A stretch of 64,000 bases of DNA from Candidatus Omnitrophota bacterium (GCA_003598025.1 QZKH01000003.1:439221-503220), one strand, 5' to 3'; numbered from the stretch's first letter, positions 1-9,421 are shown. Notes: a model not told the origin generated them from the letters alone. A program made the numbers and translations.

Positions 1-521
1 GCAAACTTTTGCAAAGCGCAGTGAATAATTTCTCTGACTATCGGCATCGCACGGTTAACTGTTCCGGAAGCCACATCTGTGATGTCTATAATCCGATTGT
101 TTGAATCGAGACAGACGACCTTAAAGACCTCTGTTTTAAGGTCGAGGAGCTGGGGCATGACGATATCCACAACATCCTTGGCAGAGGCGATTTTCTGCTT
201 CCCGGTGGACACATCGTCCTGTCGATAGCGCCTCCCGATTTCAAGCGCGGCCTGAATATGGGCGATCTTGGCCCCACCCAAACCCTTGAACTCTTTCCAG
301 TCCCGGGCGTCTGTGTGGGCCATGTTCCGGAACGTGCCGAATTTCTTGAGTATCTTGCGGGCGAGGTCAATGGCGCTGGTGCCTTGTGTGCCGGTACGAA
401 GAAGAATAGCCAGAAGCTCCGAATTACTCAAAGCCCCCGCACCCTTTTTGAGGAGTTTCTCTCTCGGCCTGTCATCCTCCGGCCAAGTCCTTATGCCTGA
501 TATTTTTCTTTCCTTCACCAT
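1..521 (-). CDS. radC: RadC/UPF0758 (JAB/MPN domain) protein, 5' part; runs off the left edge (absent from ORF track)
   Basis: Manual translation from ATG at 521: MVKERKISGIRTWPEDDRPREKLLKKGAGALSNSELLAILLRTG...GLGGAKIAHIQAALEIGRR...EVFKVVCLD...SGTVNRAMPIVREII; classic RadC N-terminus with no stop before position 1. Confidence 0.93.
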   Translation of the reverse strand, partial: MVKERKISGIRTWPEDDRPREKLLKKGAGALSNSELLAILLRTGTQGTSAIDLARKILKKFGTFRNMAHTDARDWKEFKGLGGAKIAHIQAALEIGRRYRQDDVSTGKQKIASAKDVVDIVMPQLLDLKTEVFKVVCLDSNNRIIDITDVASGTVNRAMPIVREIIHCALQKF

Positions 522-574
522 TCTTCTCTTCTCTGTTCTTCACTTCTCTAGAATTAAACCGCGATCAAACTGTC

Positions 575-1084
575 CTACGGAAGTACAAAATCGTGGCACT
601 TAATACGAATCTCTTTAAGCTCCTTCAGCACTGCCGCCAAGTCAAACGATTCGCCGCGAAACGTCAAAGTCTGCGTTAAGGGATCATATGCCCTGTGATG
701 ATTTGTAGGGAAACTTCTTCTCATTGCTTTTAATGGATCTATTGCCAGGTCGCTGTAGACCGCCGAAGATTTCCCCTTAAACCATTTTTCTATTCGATCG
801 TCATAGTGTTCGAAATGATTACGTAAGCTACGATCAGAAAGTATATTGTTATCGTCGACTTTAAGTAACTCCCGTAATCTTTCGCCGCGTTCTGTATATT
901 CCGTAGATGGCCAGAGAATTTTCGAGACATTTCCAGCGGCCACAAGAATCGATTGAATAGAACACCAGACTTCAACCTGATCAAAATTGTCCTTGATCGC
1001 CGATAAACGTTTAGCGGCCAATTCTGCAATCTTTGATTGCGTTACAATCTCGCCTATAAAAACCGTTTCAGCAAGTGCCTTCAT
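575..1084 (-). CDS. Hypothetical helical protein with HEPN-like Rx4H motif
   Basis: 169 aa, mostly helical, contains LRNHFEH; starts 1 nt after the phosphoesterase stop. Confidence 0.55.
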   Translation of the reverse strand: MKALAETVFIGEIVTQSKIAELAAKRLSAIKDNFDQVEVWCSIQSILVAAGNVSKILWPSTEYTERGERLRELLKVDDNNILSDRSLRNHFEHYDDRIEKWFKGKSSAVYSDLAIDPLKAMRRSFPTNHHRAYDPLTQTLTFRGESFDLAAVLKELKEIRIKCHDFVLP

Positions 1085-1085
1085 C

Positions 1086-1622
1086 TTAATTCACTGCGCC
1101 CTTCTTTTCTTCCTTCAAGAATGTCGCAATCACGGAACTGATCTGCTTAAACGCGACTGGATAATAATCCCAAACCTCAACGCAAAGGTTCACGATTATT
1201 GAATTCTCGTTCAGACGTTTAACCTTGTATTTCTCGTGAACATGGCCGCAGAAATTCCACGGCACGTTCGGGTCCGCATCCTCAGCCCGGTGCGTCATGC
1301 AAATATCTTTTGAACCATAATGAATATAGACTTTCGAGATGATCGTATTGAGGCTGTTTTGCCGATCGTGATTGCCTTTTATAAAAATGAGCTTGCCGTT
1401 CAGCCTCTTTTCGAAATGTCTGTATTTCTCCTCACCGCCTTCTTTGCCACCTTTAAATATGAAGTCGCCAAGAAAAAAGACAGTATCTTCTGGCTTCACC
1501 CGCTCATTATGCTTGCGGATGATCGTCTCATTCATCTCCTCGACCGAATCAAACGGCCGATTGCAATACCGGATGATATTGGCGTGCGAAAAATGATAAT
1601 CCGATGTCCACCAGTAGTTCAT
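1086..1622 (-). CDS. Calcineurin-like metallophosphoesterase (phage/MGE type)
   Basis: Motifs SDYH, LGDF, GNHD, GHVH; N-terminus WWTSDYHFSHANIIRYCNRPF. Confidence 0.9.
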   Translation of the reverse strand: MNYWWTSDYHFSHANIIRYCNRPFDSVEEMNETIIRKHNERVKPEDTVFFLGDFIFKGGKEGGEEKYRHFEKRLNGKLIFIKGNHDRQNSLNTIISKVYIHYGSKDICMTHRAEDADPNVPWNFCGHVHEKYKVKRLNENSIIVNLCVEVWDYYPVAFKQISSVIATFLKEEKKGAVN

Positions 1623-2635
1623 TGTTTGATCCTGTTAATCTCTTCTTCCGCCGTCTTTAATTTCTTCAAAACGCTCTCAAAGGGCGGAGGGTCCTCAAAA
1701 AACATTTCTTGCATCTGCCGATAATCATCATTTAACAAAGCAAGATGCTCATCTAGAGGCATTAATCGAAGACTGCCCGGCTTTGCCAAAGCATAATGCG
1801 CCTTACTGTCTTTAAAAAATAGGGCTTTATGCTCAGCGACCTTTATCAATAAATCGATATTCTGGATAGCTTTGGTGTAAATAGCAGTCCCGATCATCTC
1901 ACCCACATCGTAGTAGTGACGTGACATTCTTGCGCGCAATTTTGAGCCATGGCTTATTGCATGTAATATTGTCGCTTTTTCCCAAAAGGTTCTTTCCGCG
2001 CCCAAAACACGCACCTGCGCGCCTTCAATGGTCACCTTACCGGCCGCGTTAGAAACATACGGTTTGACAGTCATAGCCTCAATAGGCCAATGATCTGATC
2101 GTGCGCCAAGTTCAATTTTTACGACCGGTTGAACATAACCACTCTTGCCATTCTCAATAGCGCTGGGATACGCAAATAAAACGGTTTGATTATCAGGATC
2201 ATCAGGGTCCAGCCTTATCTCCCAATTTCCTATGCCAGATAAAGCAGACCCGATCTTTTGGTCCAGCTCAGGGATAATCACACCGGCAATCTTTTCTTGG
2301 CATGCCTGCTTTAAGCGATCCAGTCGTCTCTGATTTTCTTTAGTGCCCTGCTTTTTATCAGGCTCGATAGATTCTTGGCTTGTTAAAAATGTCCTCTCGA
2401 TTGAAATATCAACATCCTCAGAAAAACGTTTGATAACGTTGTAACACTTTGAGAGCGAGGTGCCTCCTTTAAACGTCAAATGACTGCCTGCTGTGGGCAG
2501 TGAAAAAAGGATCTTAAGAATCCAGCACACCCAGAAATCTTTTTCGATAAGTTGCGGAGTTACGCCAAGATCGTGGGCGACAACATCAAAATAGACTTTT
2601 TTATCCGCATCTTTTAACAATAAAAAATTGTCCAT
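1619..2635 (-). CDS. AbiEii/AbiGii-family nucleotidyltransferase toxin (type IV TA)
   Basis: EKDFWV, FKGGTSLSK, RFSEDVD, ERTFWEK and RHYYD motifs. Confidence 0.92.
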   Translation of the reverse strand: MDNFLLLKDADKKVYFDVVAHDLGVTPQLIEKDFWVCWILKILFSLPTAGSHLTFKGGTSLSKCYNVIKRFSEDVDISIERTFLTSQESIEPDKKQGTKENQRRLDRLKQACQEKIAGVIIPELDQKIGSALSGIGNWEIRLDPDDPDNQTVLFAYPSAIENGKSGYVQPVVKIELGARSDHWPIEAMTVKPYVSNAAGKVTIEGAQVRVLGAERTFWEKATILHAISHGSKLRARMSRHYYDVGEMIGTAIYTKAIQNIDLLIKVAEHKALFFKDSKAHYALAKPGSLRLMPLDEHLALLNDDYRQMQEMFFEDPPPFESVLKKLKTAEEEINRIKQ

Positions 2636-2642
2636 AAATCTG

Positions 2643-3242
2643 TCACCCTTGTATTTTCCTGAAAATATCCCCTATCCATGCCGGAGCATAACGGATATCA
2701 TTCATCAGTATATTTTTGTCAGCATCGGACAGTCGTCTTTTAAGTTTTGCCACAACAGTCGAATCAATATTGCCCTGCTTTAAATAACGCAAGGCCTGAA
2801 TGACTAATCCGCTTATTCGCCCGGCTGTTGCCATGTTTCTTGGCGTTGTTCGTTTCAAAACGATCGTCTGCTTACCGATCTGAACTTTCCGATTAGGACC
2901 ATCTGTAAAGAAAACGATCTTGGCCGGAACCTGCTCTGTTAAACCTAACAGATTAGCGGCATATGCGCCGGAAGGCTGAATTTTCAAATTATCTCGTCCC
3001 ACTAATGCTTGAGCAACGCGATCATAATTAGGCGGAAGGTCACCGAAATCCGGATGTTTTACGGGATAATCATATAATCCCCTCGTCAGGCGGCGTATAA
3101 TCCCTGCCTTGGTTAAACGTCCCAACGTTTGGTCTACGGCCATACGGCTCCCGAGGTCAAGAAAGTGCATTGGAGTGAACACCCAACCCCTATGCCTGCC
3201 GTATATCCTGCTAACTATCATATTATCAATGGTTTGTGCCAT
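2643..3242 (-). CDS. AbiEi-like antitoxin / DUF6088-type wHTH regulator
   Basis: N-terminal wHTH (FLDLGSRMAVDQTLGRL...IRRLTRGLY), GAYAANLLGLTEQVP; directly upstream of the toxin. Confidence 0.88.
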   Translation of the reverse strand: MAQTIDNMIVSRIYGRHRGWVFTPMHFLDLGSRMAVDQTLGRLTKAGIIRRLTRGLYDYPVKHPDFGDLPPNYDRVAQALVGRDNLKIQPSGAYAANLLGLTEQVPAKIVFFTDGPNRKVQIGKQTIVLKRTTPRNMATAGRISGLVIQALRYLKQGNIDSTVVAKLKRRLSDADKNILMNDIRYAPAWIGDIFRKIQG

Positions 3243-3259
3243 TTATACCACCTCTCTGT

Positions 3260-3298
3260 TGTCAGAAAAAATATACACTTTTTCTGACAGAAAGTCAA
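3260..3298 (-). promoter_or_regulatory. Sigma70 promoter of the AbiE operon overlapped by an 11-bp inverted-repeat operator
   Basis: Minus strand TTGACT(3298-3293)-17 nt-TATATT(3275-3270); arms TGTCAGAAAAA (3260-3270) and TTTTTCTGACA (3279-3289). Confidence 0.8.
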
Positions 3299-3330
3299 TC
3301 TATTTTTATGCGCCCGAGCCGCTATCCTAA

Positions 3331-3541
3331 ATGTCTACCATCCGGAAATGTCCACTTTTTAGCAGACATTTCGATTTAGTGGACACTTACGTGTCCATCC
3401 ATGTCCATCAAAACGCCCTTTTTTGACCTTCCCGGACGCCTGCAGGACACCCCTAAAATCGCCTGTTTTCCGACGCTGGGCGCTTATTTTAGCCGGGTTG
3501 ACCACTTATGCCCAAACCCAAAAGTGATGGACATGGACATC
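3331..3541. repeat. Cluster of short TGTCCA/TGGACA iteron-like motifs in both orientations
   Basis: aatgtcta, aatgtcca, cagacatt, gtggacac, gtgtccat, atgtccat, aggacac and atggacatggacat within ~210 nt. Confidence 0.6.
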
Positions 3542-3745
3542 GATTTTTTTGACCACTATCACTGACTCCCCGCGCCTCGCCCGACCCTCACCCGACACCC
3601 TGTTCCAAGGACCCGTAGCGCCTGCCAGCATAAAAAACCCTATGACCACGCCTCACTGGCATAACCATAGGGACTTGAGTTGCCAAACGCTGTTGATCCT
3701 TACAACGCCCCGACTACCGCCTCCGCCAAGCTCTTCATCGCATTA

Positions 3746-3799
3746 CTATAAATCTGCCACTGGCCAGCCAAAAGTTCGAAGATAAACAGTTTTTTTCAT
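3746..3799 (-). pseudogene. miaB: 5' fragment of a miaB-like methylthiotransferase gene, truncated at the element junction
   Basis: AAGGA RBS then MKKTVYLRTFG-WPVADL*; MiaB proteins begin M-K-K-x-Y/F-I/L-x-T-F-G-C-Q-M-N. Confidence 0.6.
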
Positions 3800-3937
3800 C
3801 AAGGCTTATTCCTTTCTTCGAATCTTTTGGTTGATCCCGAGCGAAGCCGACACCGAGAAAGCCCGAGGAAAAAACCATTGGTGTAAAGAAAACCTTTCTT
3901 CATCTTATACCTTCAGTAAAAAATATAACCGCTCCTA

Positions 3938-5410
3938 TTATTCAGTCTCAGAATTTCTTAGCACCGACAAAGTGCGCTGTAAAATCCTTAGGTCTTCCTC
4001 ATTAGCGAGCACTAAGAAAACATCGCCTCCCTCAATTACCGTAGAACCATTTGGCACGATGAACTTATCTTCGCGCGAAATAAGAACAATAAGGGCTTTA
4101 GGAGGAATATTAATTGCGGCAATCGTTTGACCTACCGTGCCTGAATTATATGGCACAATCAAATCGGTAAGCGATGCATCTATGCCCTCTGCATACTCAA
4201 AGTCAATAGGATATTTTTTCCTTACATCAAGCGGTACATTGACTCCAAGTATCTTTGACATAAGTGGAATAGATGTCCCCTGAATCAATACCGAAGTCAA
4301 TACAACAAAAAATACGATATTAAATATTGCGTGAGCTTGAACTATTCCTGAAAGCAGCGGGAATGTCGCCAAAATAATCGGCACAGCACCTCTTAATCCT
4401 ACCCATGATATCATCGTTTTCTCGGCAAGATTGAATTTAAATGGCATTAGGCATAAAAATACACTTATGGGGCGAGCGAGGAAAATAAGAATGGTTGCTA
4501 TCAACAGGCCAACTCCCATAATGGGAATTATCCGGCTTGGGAAAACAAGCAAGCCAAGAGTCAAAAACATTGCAATCTGCATGAGCCAGGCAACTCCTTC
4601 ATAAAACCGGACTATTGTTCTCTTGTTTGCGAAATCGCCTCTACTCATCATTAAACCCAAAGAATAAACTGCCAGAAAACCATTCCCTTTTACTAAAGTT
4701 GTACCTGCATACGTCAAGAGCACCAAAGCAATAGTCAAAACCGAATACAACCCTTCATATTCAAGCTTAATCTTATTAATAAGCGTGACACTTACTTTAG
4801 ACATCAAATACCCGATTAACAATCCAACACCCATATTTAAGGTAAACGATGGGATTAGGCTGATAATGGAAGAGTCAGCAGTAGTTAAGAGGCCGATACA
4901 ACCGATTGTAAGGAAAACAGCCATTGGGTCATTACTTCCCGATTCAAGCTCCAAAAGAGGCCTTAAATTACCTTTGAGGGATATCCTTCTTGATCTGAGG
5001 ACATTAAAGACAGCGGCAGCATCGGTTGAGGACACAATAGAACCGAGCAATAATCCCTCAAGCAATGAAAATTTAAGAATTACCATAGCCAATACGCCGA
5101 CAACAACAGCAGTAATGAGCACTCCTGCGGTTGACAAAACCAACCCCGGAACAAATAATGGCCTGACCGATTTCCATGATGTATCCAAACCCCCAGAAAA
5201 AATAATGAAAATAAGCGCGATGATACCGATAGATTTTGCAACAACGTAATCATCAAAATAAATTCCGCCGATGCCTTCTGAGCCTGCCAGCATGCCGATT
5301 ATCAAAAAAAGCAATAATGCGGGTAACGCAAACCTGTCTGAAAGCTTGCTTGCCAGTACGCTGACAAGCGTCAAAGCTGCTGCCCATAATATGATTGTTT
5401 CGACTGTCAT
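3938..5410 (-). CDS. cvrA: K+/H+ antiporter CvrA/NhaP2 with C-terminal TrkA-C domain
   Basis: GMLAGSEGIGG, SSTDAAAVF, LELESGSNDPMA, SWVGLRGAVPIILA motifs. Confidence 0.92.
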   Translation of the reverse strand: MTVETIILWAAALTLVSVLASKLSDRFALPALLLFLIIGMLAGSEGIGGIYFDDYVVAKSIGIIALIFIIFSGGLDTSWKSVRPLFVPGLVLSTAGVLITAVVVGVLAMVILKFSLLEGLLLGSIVSSTDAAAVFNVLRSRRISLKGNLRPLLELESGSNDPMAVFLTIGCIGLLTTADSSIISLIPSFTLNMGVGLLIGYLMSKVSVTLINKIKLEYEGLYSVLTIALVLLTYAGTTLVKGNGFLAVYSLGLMMSRGDFANKRTIVRFYEGVAWLMQIAMFLTLGLLVFPSRIIPIMGVGLLIATILIFLARPISVFLCLMPFKFNLAEKTMISWVGLRGAVPIILATFPLLSGIVQAHAIFNIVFFVVLTSVLIQGTSIPLMSKILGVNVPLDVRKKYPIDFEYAEGIDASLTDLIVPYNSGTVGQTIAAINIPPKALIVLISREDKFIVPNGSTVIEGGDVFLVLANEEDLRILQRTLSVLRNSETE

Positions 5411-5468
5411 CAGGACCTATCTCGGTTTCTATGCCACATTATTACAGACTTAAATAAAACAGTTCCCT

Positions 5469-5867
5469 TTATTCCTTTACTAAAACCGCTTTCCATTCCT
5501 TATTAATCCATATTCCGTACACCTTTGCCTGCGCGCACCATTTCTTTACCTTCTTCATTGCTATCCTTAACTGCTTCAGGTGAACATTTTTCACGCTTGG
5601 ATTACCAAGGCAACCATAATGGCTGATTATGAATATCAATTTGGAATCACGGTTATTATATGAAAACAGCAGCTTATCCTTAAGGCTCCCGATCTCATAC
5701 ATGTTCCTGCATGCGCTAAGAACCTTGTCTGGCCCGGGCACGGTGATCATATCAACGTATTCGACAGCATAATTCTTCTTAATAAATTCCGCTACCGGCA
5801 ACTGTACCCTTCCATCAATGCAGTTTATCGCTGTGGCAAACTTGAAGTTTCTGGCTCTGTTTTTCAT
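5469..5867 (-). CDS. Putative small beta-type carbonic anhydrase-like protein
   Basis: INCIDGRVQ (CxDxR), ITVPGPD and HYGCLGN (HxxC); ATG at 5867 preferred over the ORF-track start that overlaps the upstream gene. Confidence 0.75.
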   Translation of the reverse strand: MKNRARNFKFATAINCIDGRVQLPVAEFIKKNYAVEYVDMITVPGPDKVLSACRNMYEIGSLKDKLLFSYNNRDSKLIFIISHYGCLGNPSVKNVHLKQLRIAMKKVKKWCAQAKVYGIWINKEWKAVLVKE

Positions 5868-5940
5868 TATATTGGCTTGCTTTTTTAGGTTGAGCTCTTC
5901 GGCCCGCTTGATAAGAGATATAACCGCCCCTATTATTTTT

Positions 5941-6702
5941 TCACTTCTCCGCGACAACGAGCATTTCGAAATCGTCAGTGGTCAGTTTGTCGTTTCTCGA
6001 GTATGCCCCATGCCTTGAGCCAAAAATATCGATTTTCTTGAATCCAAGACTTTTGAGAAGCCAGGTGATCTCGCTTGGCACATAATAGCGCTCGTTACAG
6101 CTGAGTTCCCTTTTTTTGCCGGAATCATCCTCAAAAACAACGGTGTTATAATCACGGAAGGTCATCAGATCAAAGGAGCACTCCTTGCACTGGGACTGGC
6201 CTTCTTTCTGCGCCGACTTATAGAACTCATTTACCGAATGAAACAGCGGGAACAATCCGTTTAATGTGGTAAAAATGAGCTTACCTTTACTTTTAAGCGC
6301 TTTTGTTGCTTCTTTAAGGATTTCGAAGTTCATCTCATCCGTTTCCATAAGAGAGAACCCGCCTTCGCATAGCATAATTACCAGATCAAATTCGCCGTCA
6401 AACGGAAGATTACGGGCATCATGCTTCTGAAAATCAATATCCAAGCCCGCTTCTTGCGCCTTCTCTTTCGCCCTGGCCAGCTGTGATTCGGACAAATCTA
6501 TGCCTCTGACATGGTATCCTCTTCTACTAAGCTCAATCGCATGCCTGCCCGTGCCGCAGCCAACATCCAGTATCTTTAAAGACTTATTATAATCCAATTC
6601 CTTTTCAATAAAGTCGCATTCGCCCACAGTCCCCTGGACAAAACTTTCTTTGTCGTATTTACTAGCGTAATTTTCAAATAATGATTCGTACCATTGTTTC
6701 AT
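5941..6702 (-). CDS. Class I SAM-dependent methyltransferase
   Basis: ILDVGCGTGRH motif I, GIDLS, FDLVIMLCEGGF. Confidence 0.92.
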   Translation of the reverse strand: MKQWYESLFENYASKYDKESFVQGTVGECDFIEKELDYNKSLKILDVGCGTGRHAIELSRRGYHVRGIDLSESQLARAKEKAQEAGLDIDFQKHDARNLPFDGEFDLVIMLCEGGFSLMETDEMNFEILKEATKALKSKGKLIFTTLNGLFPLFHSVNEFYKSAQKEGQSQCKECSFDLMTFRDYNTVVFEDDSGKKRELSCNERYYVPSEITWLLKSLGFKKIDIFGSRHGAYSRNDKLTTDDFEMLVVAEK

Positions 6703-6779
6703 TCCTGGCTATTCTCCTTTCTGCTACAGGCGTTTAATGCCAATCCCTGAAAATACCAGCAAAATTTTTGCATCCAAGG

Positions 6780-8798
6780 TCAGAATATGGCCGTTTCCGT
6801 TTTTCTTTTTGCTAAAAAAACTACGGCTGCAATATAACAGCATAATGCGATCAAATAAAGAGCCTTAAGCCCGCCGATCATCGAATAGTATTCAAGGAAT
6901 CCTCCTAAAACAGCTCCCAGCAGATTGGAACCCAGCGCGCTACTGGCATCCTTCGCATTCTTAATAATAATAGCGAATATAAAGGATGAAAAGAATATCG
7001 GTAAGGCTATTAATGCGCCTGCAAAAAATACTTTTGCCAAAATGCCAAATTTCAATATTCCCTCAAGCGGAAAGAAATACAGGAAGAGCAGGGATACAGC
7101 TAACGCCATAAAAAACCATTTCGGGTTCTTCGGGTTCTTTTTCATGATAACCAGATTAGCTATTAACGCAATTACCAGAATAGACGAAAACACTACAGCA
7201 TTCACCAGCCATGTAGAACCAAAAAGAAGCGAAAATGTAGTGACACTCTTGGTTTCAAGAAGAAGGAAACCGGAGCCTAAGAAGAAAAATACAGGGTTTA
7301 CTCTGCTCATTTTTAAAGGAGTAAAAATAAATACCGCCCCGACAGAAATAACAACAAGTATCGCCAGGACAGCCAAATATAGATAAGGTATACCGCGCTT
7401 GGTTAAATAAAGATACGGCCAATCATCTTTAGGGAGTTCTATATCGGATGCCGGCGGCAACGGTAATAAAACATTCTTCAGCCCAGGATTTTTCGAAATC
7501 GCTTTCCTGACCCCGGGCCCGGCCAATATCACAAGATTAAATAAACGGTCATCCGATTCAAAATAACGGGTATCTTCGCTGCCGAATACGGACCTGGTTG
7601 TCTCAATCAACCTTGCCGCCATCCATTCATTAGGCACGGAAAACAAAAGGACCACCACCCCGTCCGGCATAAGTAAATTCTGCGCCTGCCGTAAAGCCTC
7701 TTGAGTATAAACGTAATTATCCAAACGTATAGACGAGGTTACCGAAAGAGTGGCGTGTGAATCCAATGTGCCATAAACTATCATATCGTACTTCTCTCTA
7801 TCTTTGGACATAAATGAACGCGCGTCGTCAACAAATACATGCACGTTTTTATTATCGTAAGGGCGCTGTGGATGGCCGAATCTTCCGATAGCCAGTATTG
7901 AAGAATCTATTTCAACGGCATTAATATGCTTAGCTCCTGATCTTTGCGCTGCCCAGACATCATTGCCTGTTCCGGCCCCTATTATGAGGACCTTATCAGG
8001 GCTAAACACCTTATAAGGAAACATATATTTTTCGTATATATCCTGCTTGATTTCGAAATTTACCGCAGTCTGGTGAAGCAGCTGGTTTACATAGATGCTG
8101 ATATTTTTCCCAAGATCAACAGAAATATTAATAGCATAATAAGGAGACCAAATAGTGTGTTTTTCAACCGAAGAAATGAGGAAAACAACCAAAAACATTG
8201 CAAACGCATTAAAAACAAATCTTCTCTTATTATATTTATATATAACTGCCAGAATAATAATTCCTGCTATCATAAACCAGACATAAGCCGGGGCACGAAA
8301 CAACGAAACGAAACCAAATGCTATAACTCCCAACAGGCTGCCCAGAATATTCAAAGTATAAGCATATAAAGGCTTCATCTCCCGCATAAGTTTTCCGATT
8401 TTCTGGCCCATGGGAAGGAAAACAATGATTGTCAAAGTAAATATAATCCCGATCAGCTGAGTGATGGAGAATTTAAACCAGAAGAAATCGTAGATCCTGT
8501 TACCGGTGTAATGAGACCATATCCAGGTTTGAGAGTGTGATGAAAGCTCAACTTGGACATTCCTGAATAGCAAAACCATGCAAACCGCTCCTGCCAGGAT
8601 AAACGCAAAATATGCAAAGAGGTCCCGCTTGTAACCTGCCATGAGCATACCTATGCCTAACCCCAGAAAAGACGCTATCAGGATTATATTTGAAAAAAAT
8701 GCTATTGAAAATATATGGGCAGGCAGCCAGCGGATAAAAGTTAATTCAATAAAAAGCGACAAAAAGCTTACCAGGATCAAAACAGTTTTATTTTTCAT
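6780..8798 (-). CDS. Membrane protein with central spermidine-synthase-like SAM-binding domain
   Basis: Multiple TM segments flanking WSPYY, VLIIGAGTGND, AVEID, DDARSF and YDMIVYG motifs. Confidence 0.85.
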   Translation of the reverse strand: MKNKTVLILVSFLSLFIELTFIRWLPAHIFSIAFFSNIILIASFLGLGIGMLMAGYKRDLFAYFAFILAGAVCMVLLFRNVQVELSSHSQTWIWSHYTGNRIYDFFWFKFSITQLIGIIFTLTIIVFLPMGQKIGKLMREMKPLYAYTLNILGSLLGVIAFGFVSLFRAPAYVWFMIAGIIILAVIYKYNKRRFVFNAFAMFLVVFLISSVEKHTIWSPYYAINISVDLGKNISIYVNQLLHQTAVNFEIKQDIYEKYMFPYKVFSPDKVLIIGAGTGNDVWAAQRSGAKHINAVEIDSSILAIGRFGHPQRPYDNKNVHVFVDDARSFMSKDREKYDMIVYGTLDSHATLSVTSSIRLDNYVYTQEALRQAQNLLMPDGVVVLLFSVPNEWMAARLIETTRSVFGSEDTRYFESDDRLFNLVILAGPGVRKAISKNPGLKNVLLPLPPASDIELPKDDWPYLYLTKRGIPYLYLAVLAILVVISVGAVFIFTPLKMSRVNPVFFFLGSGFLLLETKSVTTFSLLFGSTWLVNAVVFSSILVIALIANLVIMKKNPKNPKWFFMALAVSLLFLYFFPLEGILKFGILAKVFFAGALIALPIFFSSFIFAIIIKNAKDASSALGSNLLGAVLGGFLEYYSMIGGLKALYLIALCCYIAAVVFLAKRKTETAIF

Positions 8799-8812
8799 AT
8801 TTAAGGTTGGGT

Positions 8813-9421
8813 TTAATGTTTATGGTGCGATTCTTTTTCCATACTATGTTCGGAAGCTCGCCCTAAGGCTTCATAAATCTTCTCAACATAATGCACATAT
8901 TCAATATATGCTGCGACATACCTTCTTCCTGCCTCTACGCTTTCATTCATATGCTTTTTTGCTTCTATTAGTTTGTCAAAACGCTCTTTTATCCCTGAAT
9001 TTAGCGTGCTTGTTAATTCAACAGCAAGCTCATCAACAGAATTGGCTTCAATCGCCTTATCTGCCCGGCTGACAGCAGGCTCAACCGCACCTATGGGTTT
9101 TAAACCGGAAAATTCAGCCCCTTCTCCTGCCCGGTGGATACGCACCAGTGTTTCAAAAAACTCCATATCAGCCTCTTTCTGATCTGCTTCTCTTTTAGAT
9201 AAAGCTCTTTCAAATGCAATCCGTATTTCAGGTTCATCTTCTTCCTTTACCCATTTAAGCACAGGCGTAACGTCCTTTTTATCGATAGCTAGCCTTGCAT
9301 CAAGGATTACCGGGCCGTCTAAAGTATCACAATGGGCATATAATTTAACCGACGCAACAAATGAAACAGACAGAGCGGCTAACCCAAATATAAATACAAT
9401 AATACCCTTTCTATTTACCAT
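8813..9421 (-). CDS. DUF6448-like exported protein (possible metal binding)
   Basis: Signal peptide then AHCDTLDGPV, FFETLVRIHRAGEGA, His-rich tail. Confidence 0.8.
   Translation of the reverse strand: MVNRKGIIVFIFGLAALSVSFVASVKLYAHCDTLDGPVILDARLAIDKKDVTPVLKWVKEEDEPEIRIAFERALSKREADQKEADMEFFETLVRIHRAGEGAEFSGLKPIGAVEPAVSRADKAIEANSVDELAVELTSTLNSGIKERFDKLIEAKKHMNESVEAGRRYVAAYIEYVHYVEKIYEALGRASEHSMEKESHHKH

Larger units (their letters stand above)
1..3764. mobile_element. Right end of an integrated element (genomic island/ICE-like); integrase not in window
   Basis: MGE cargo (radC, TA, phosphoesterase), more GC-rich non-coding end with repeated TGTCCA motifs, junction inside a miaB-like 5' fragment. 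Confidence 0.7.

Noticed and set aside
86-603. ORF-track ORFs 86-370(-), 258-500(+) and 268-603(+)
   Set aside because: Shadows or alternate frames of the edge-truncated radC gene
2046-2075. GTTAGA-N15-AGTC as a fourth ECF promoter
   Set aside because: -10 mismatch and antisense within the toxin CDS; other GTTAGA/TCTAAC hits (e.g. ~17281, ~22183, ~29905, ~50080) also lack CGTC
3700-3760. Possible tRNA/tmRNA 3' end as att site (…ctccgcca)
   Set aside because: No TTCGA T-loop or cloverleaf; the miaB-like fragment explains the junction better
3799-3903. 34-codon minus-strand ORF (MKKGFLYTNG...) whose TGA overlaps the miaB-like ATG, containing a CCCGAGCGAAG repeat-like word
   Set aside because: Weak RBS, no recognisable motif and single occurrence; cannot be distinguished from chance
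3549-4130. Plus-strand ORFs 3549-3785 and 3831-4130
   Set aside because: No family motifs; they span the element junction or are antisense to cvrA
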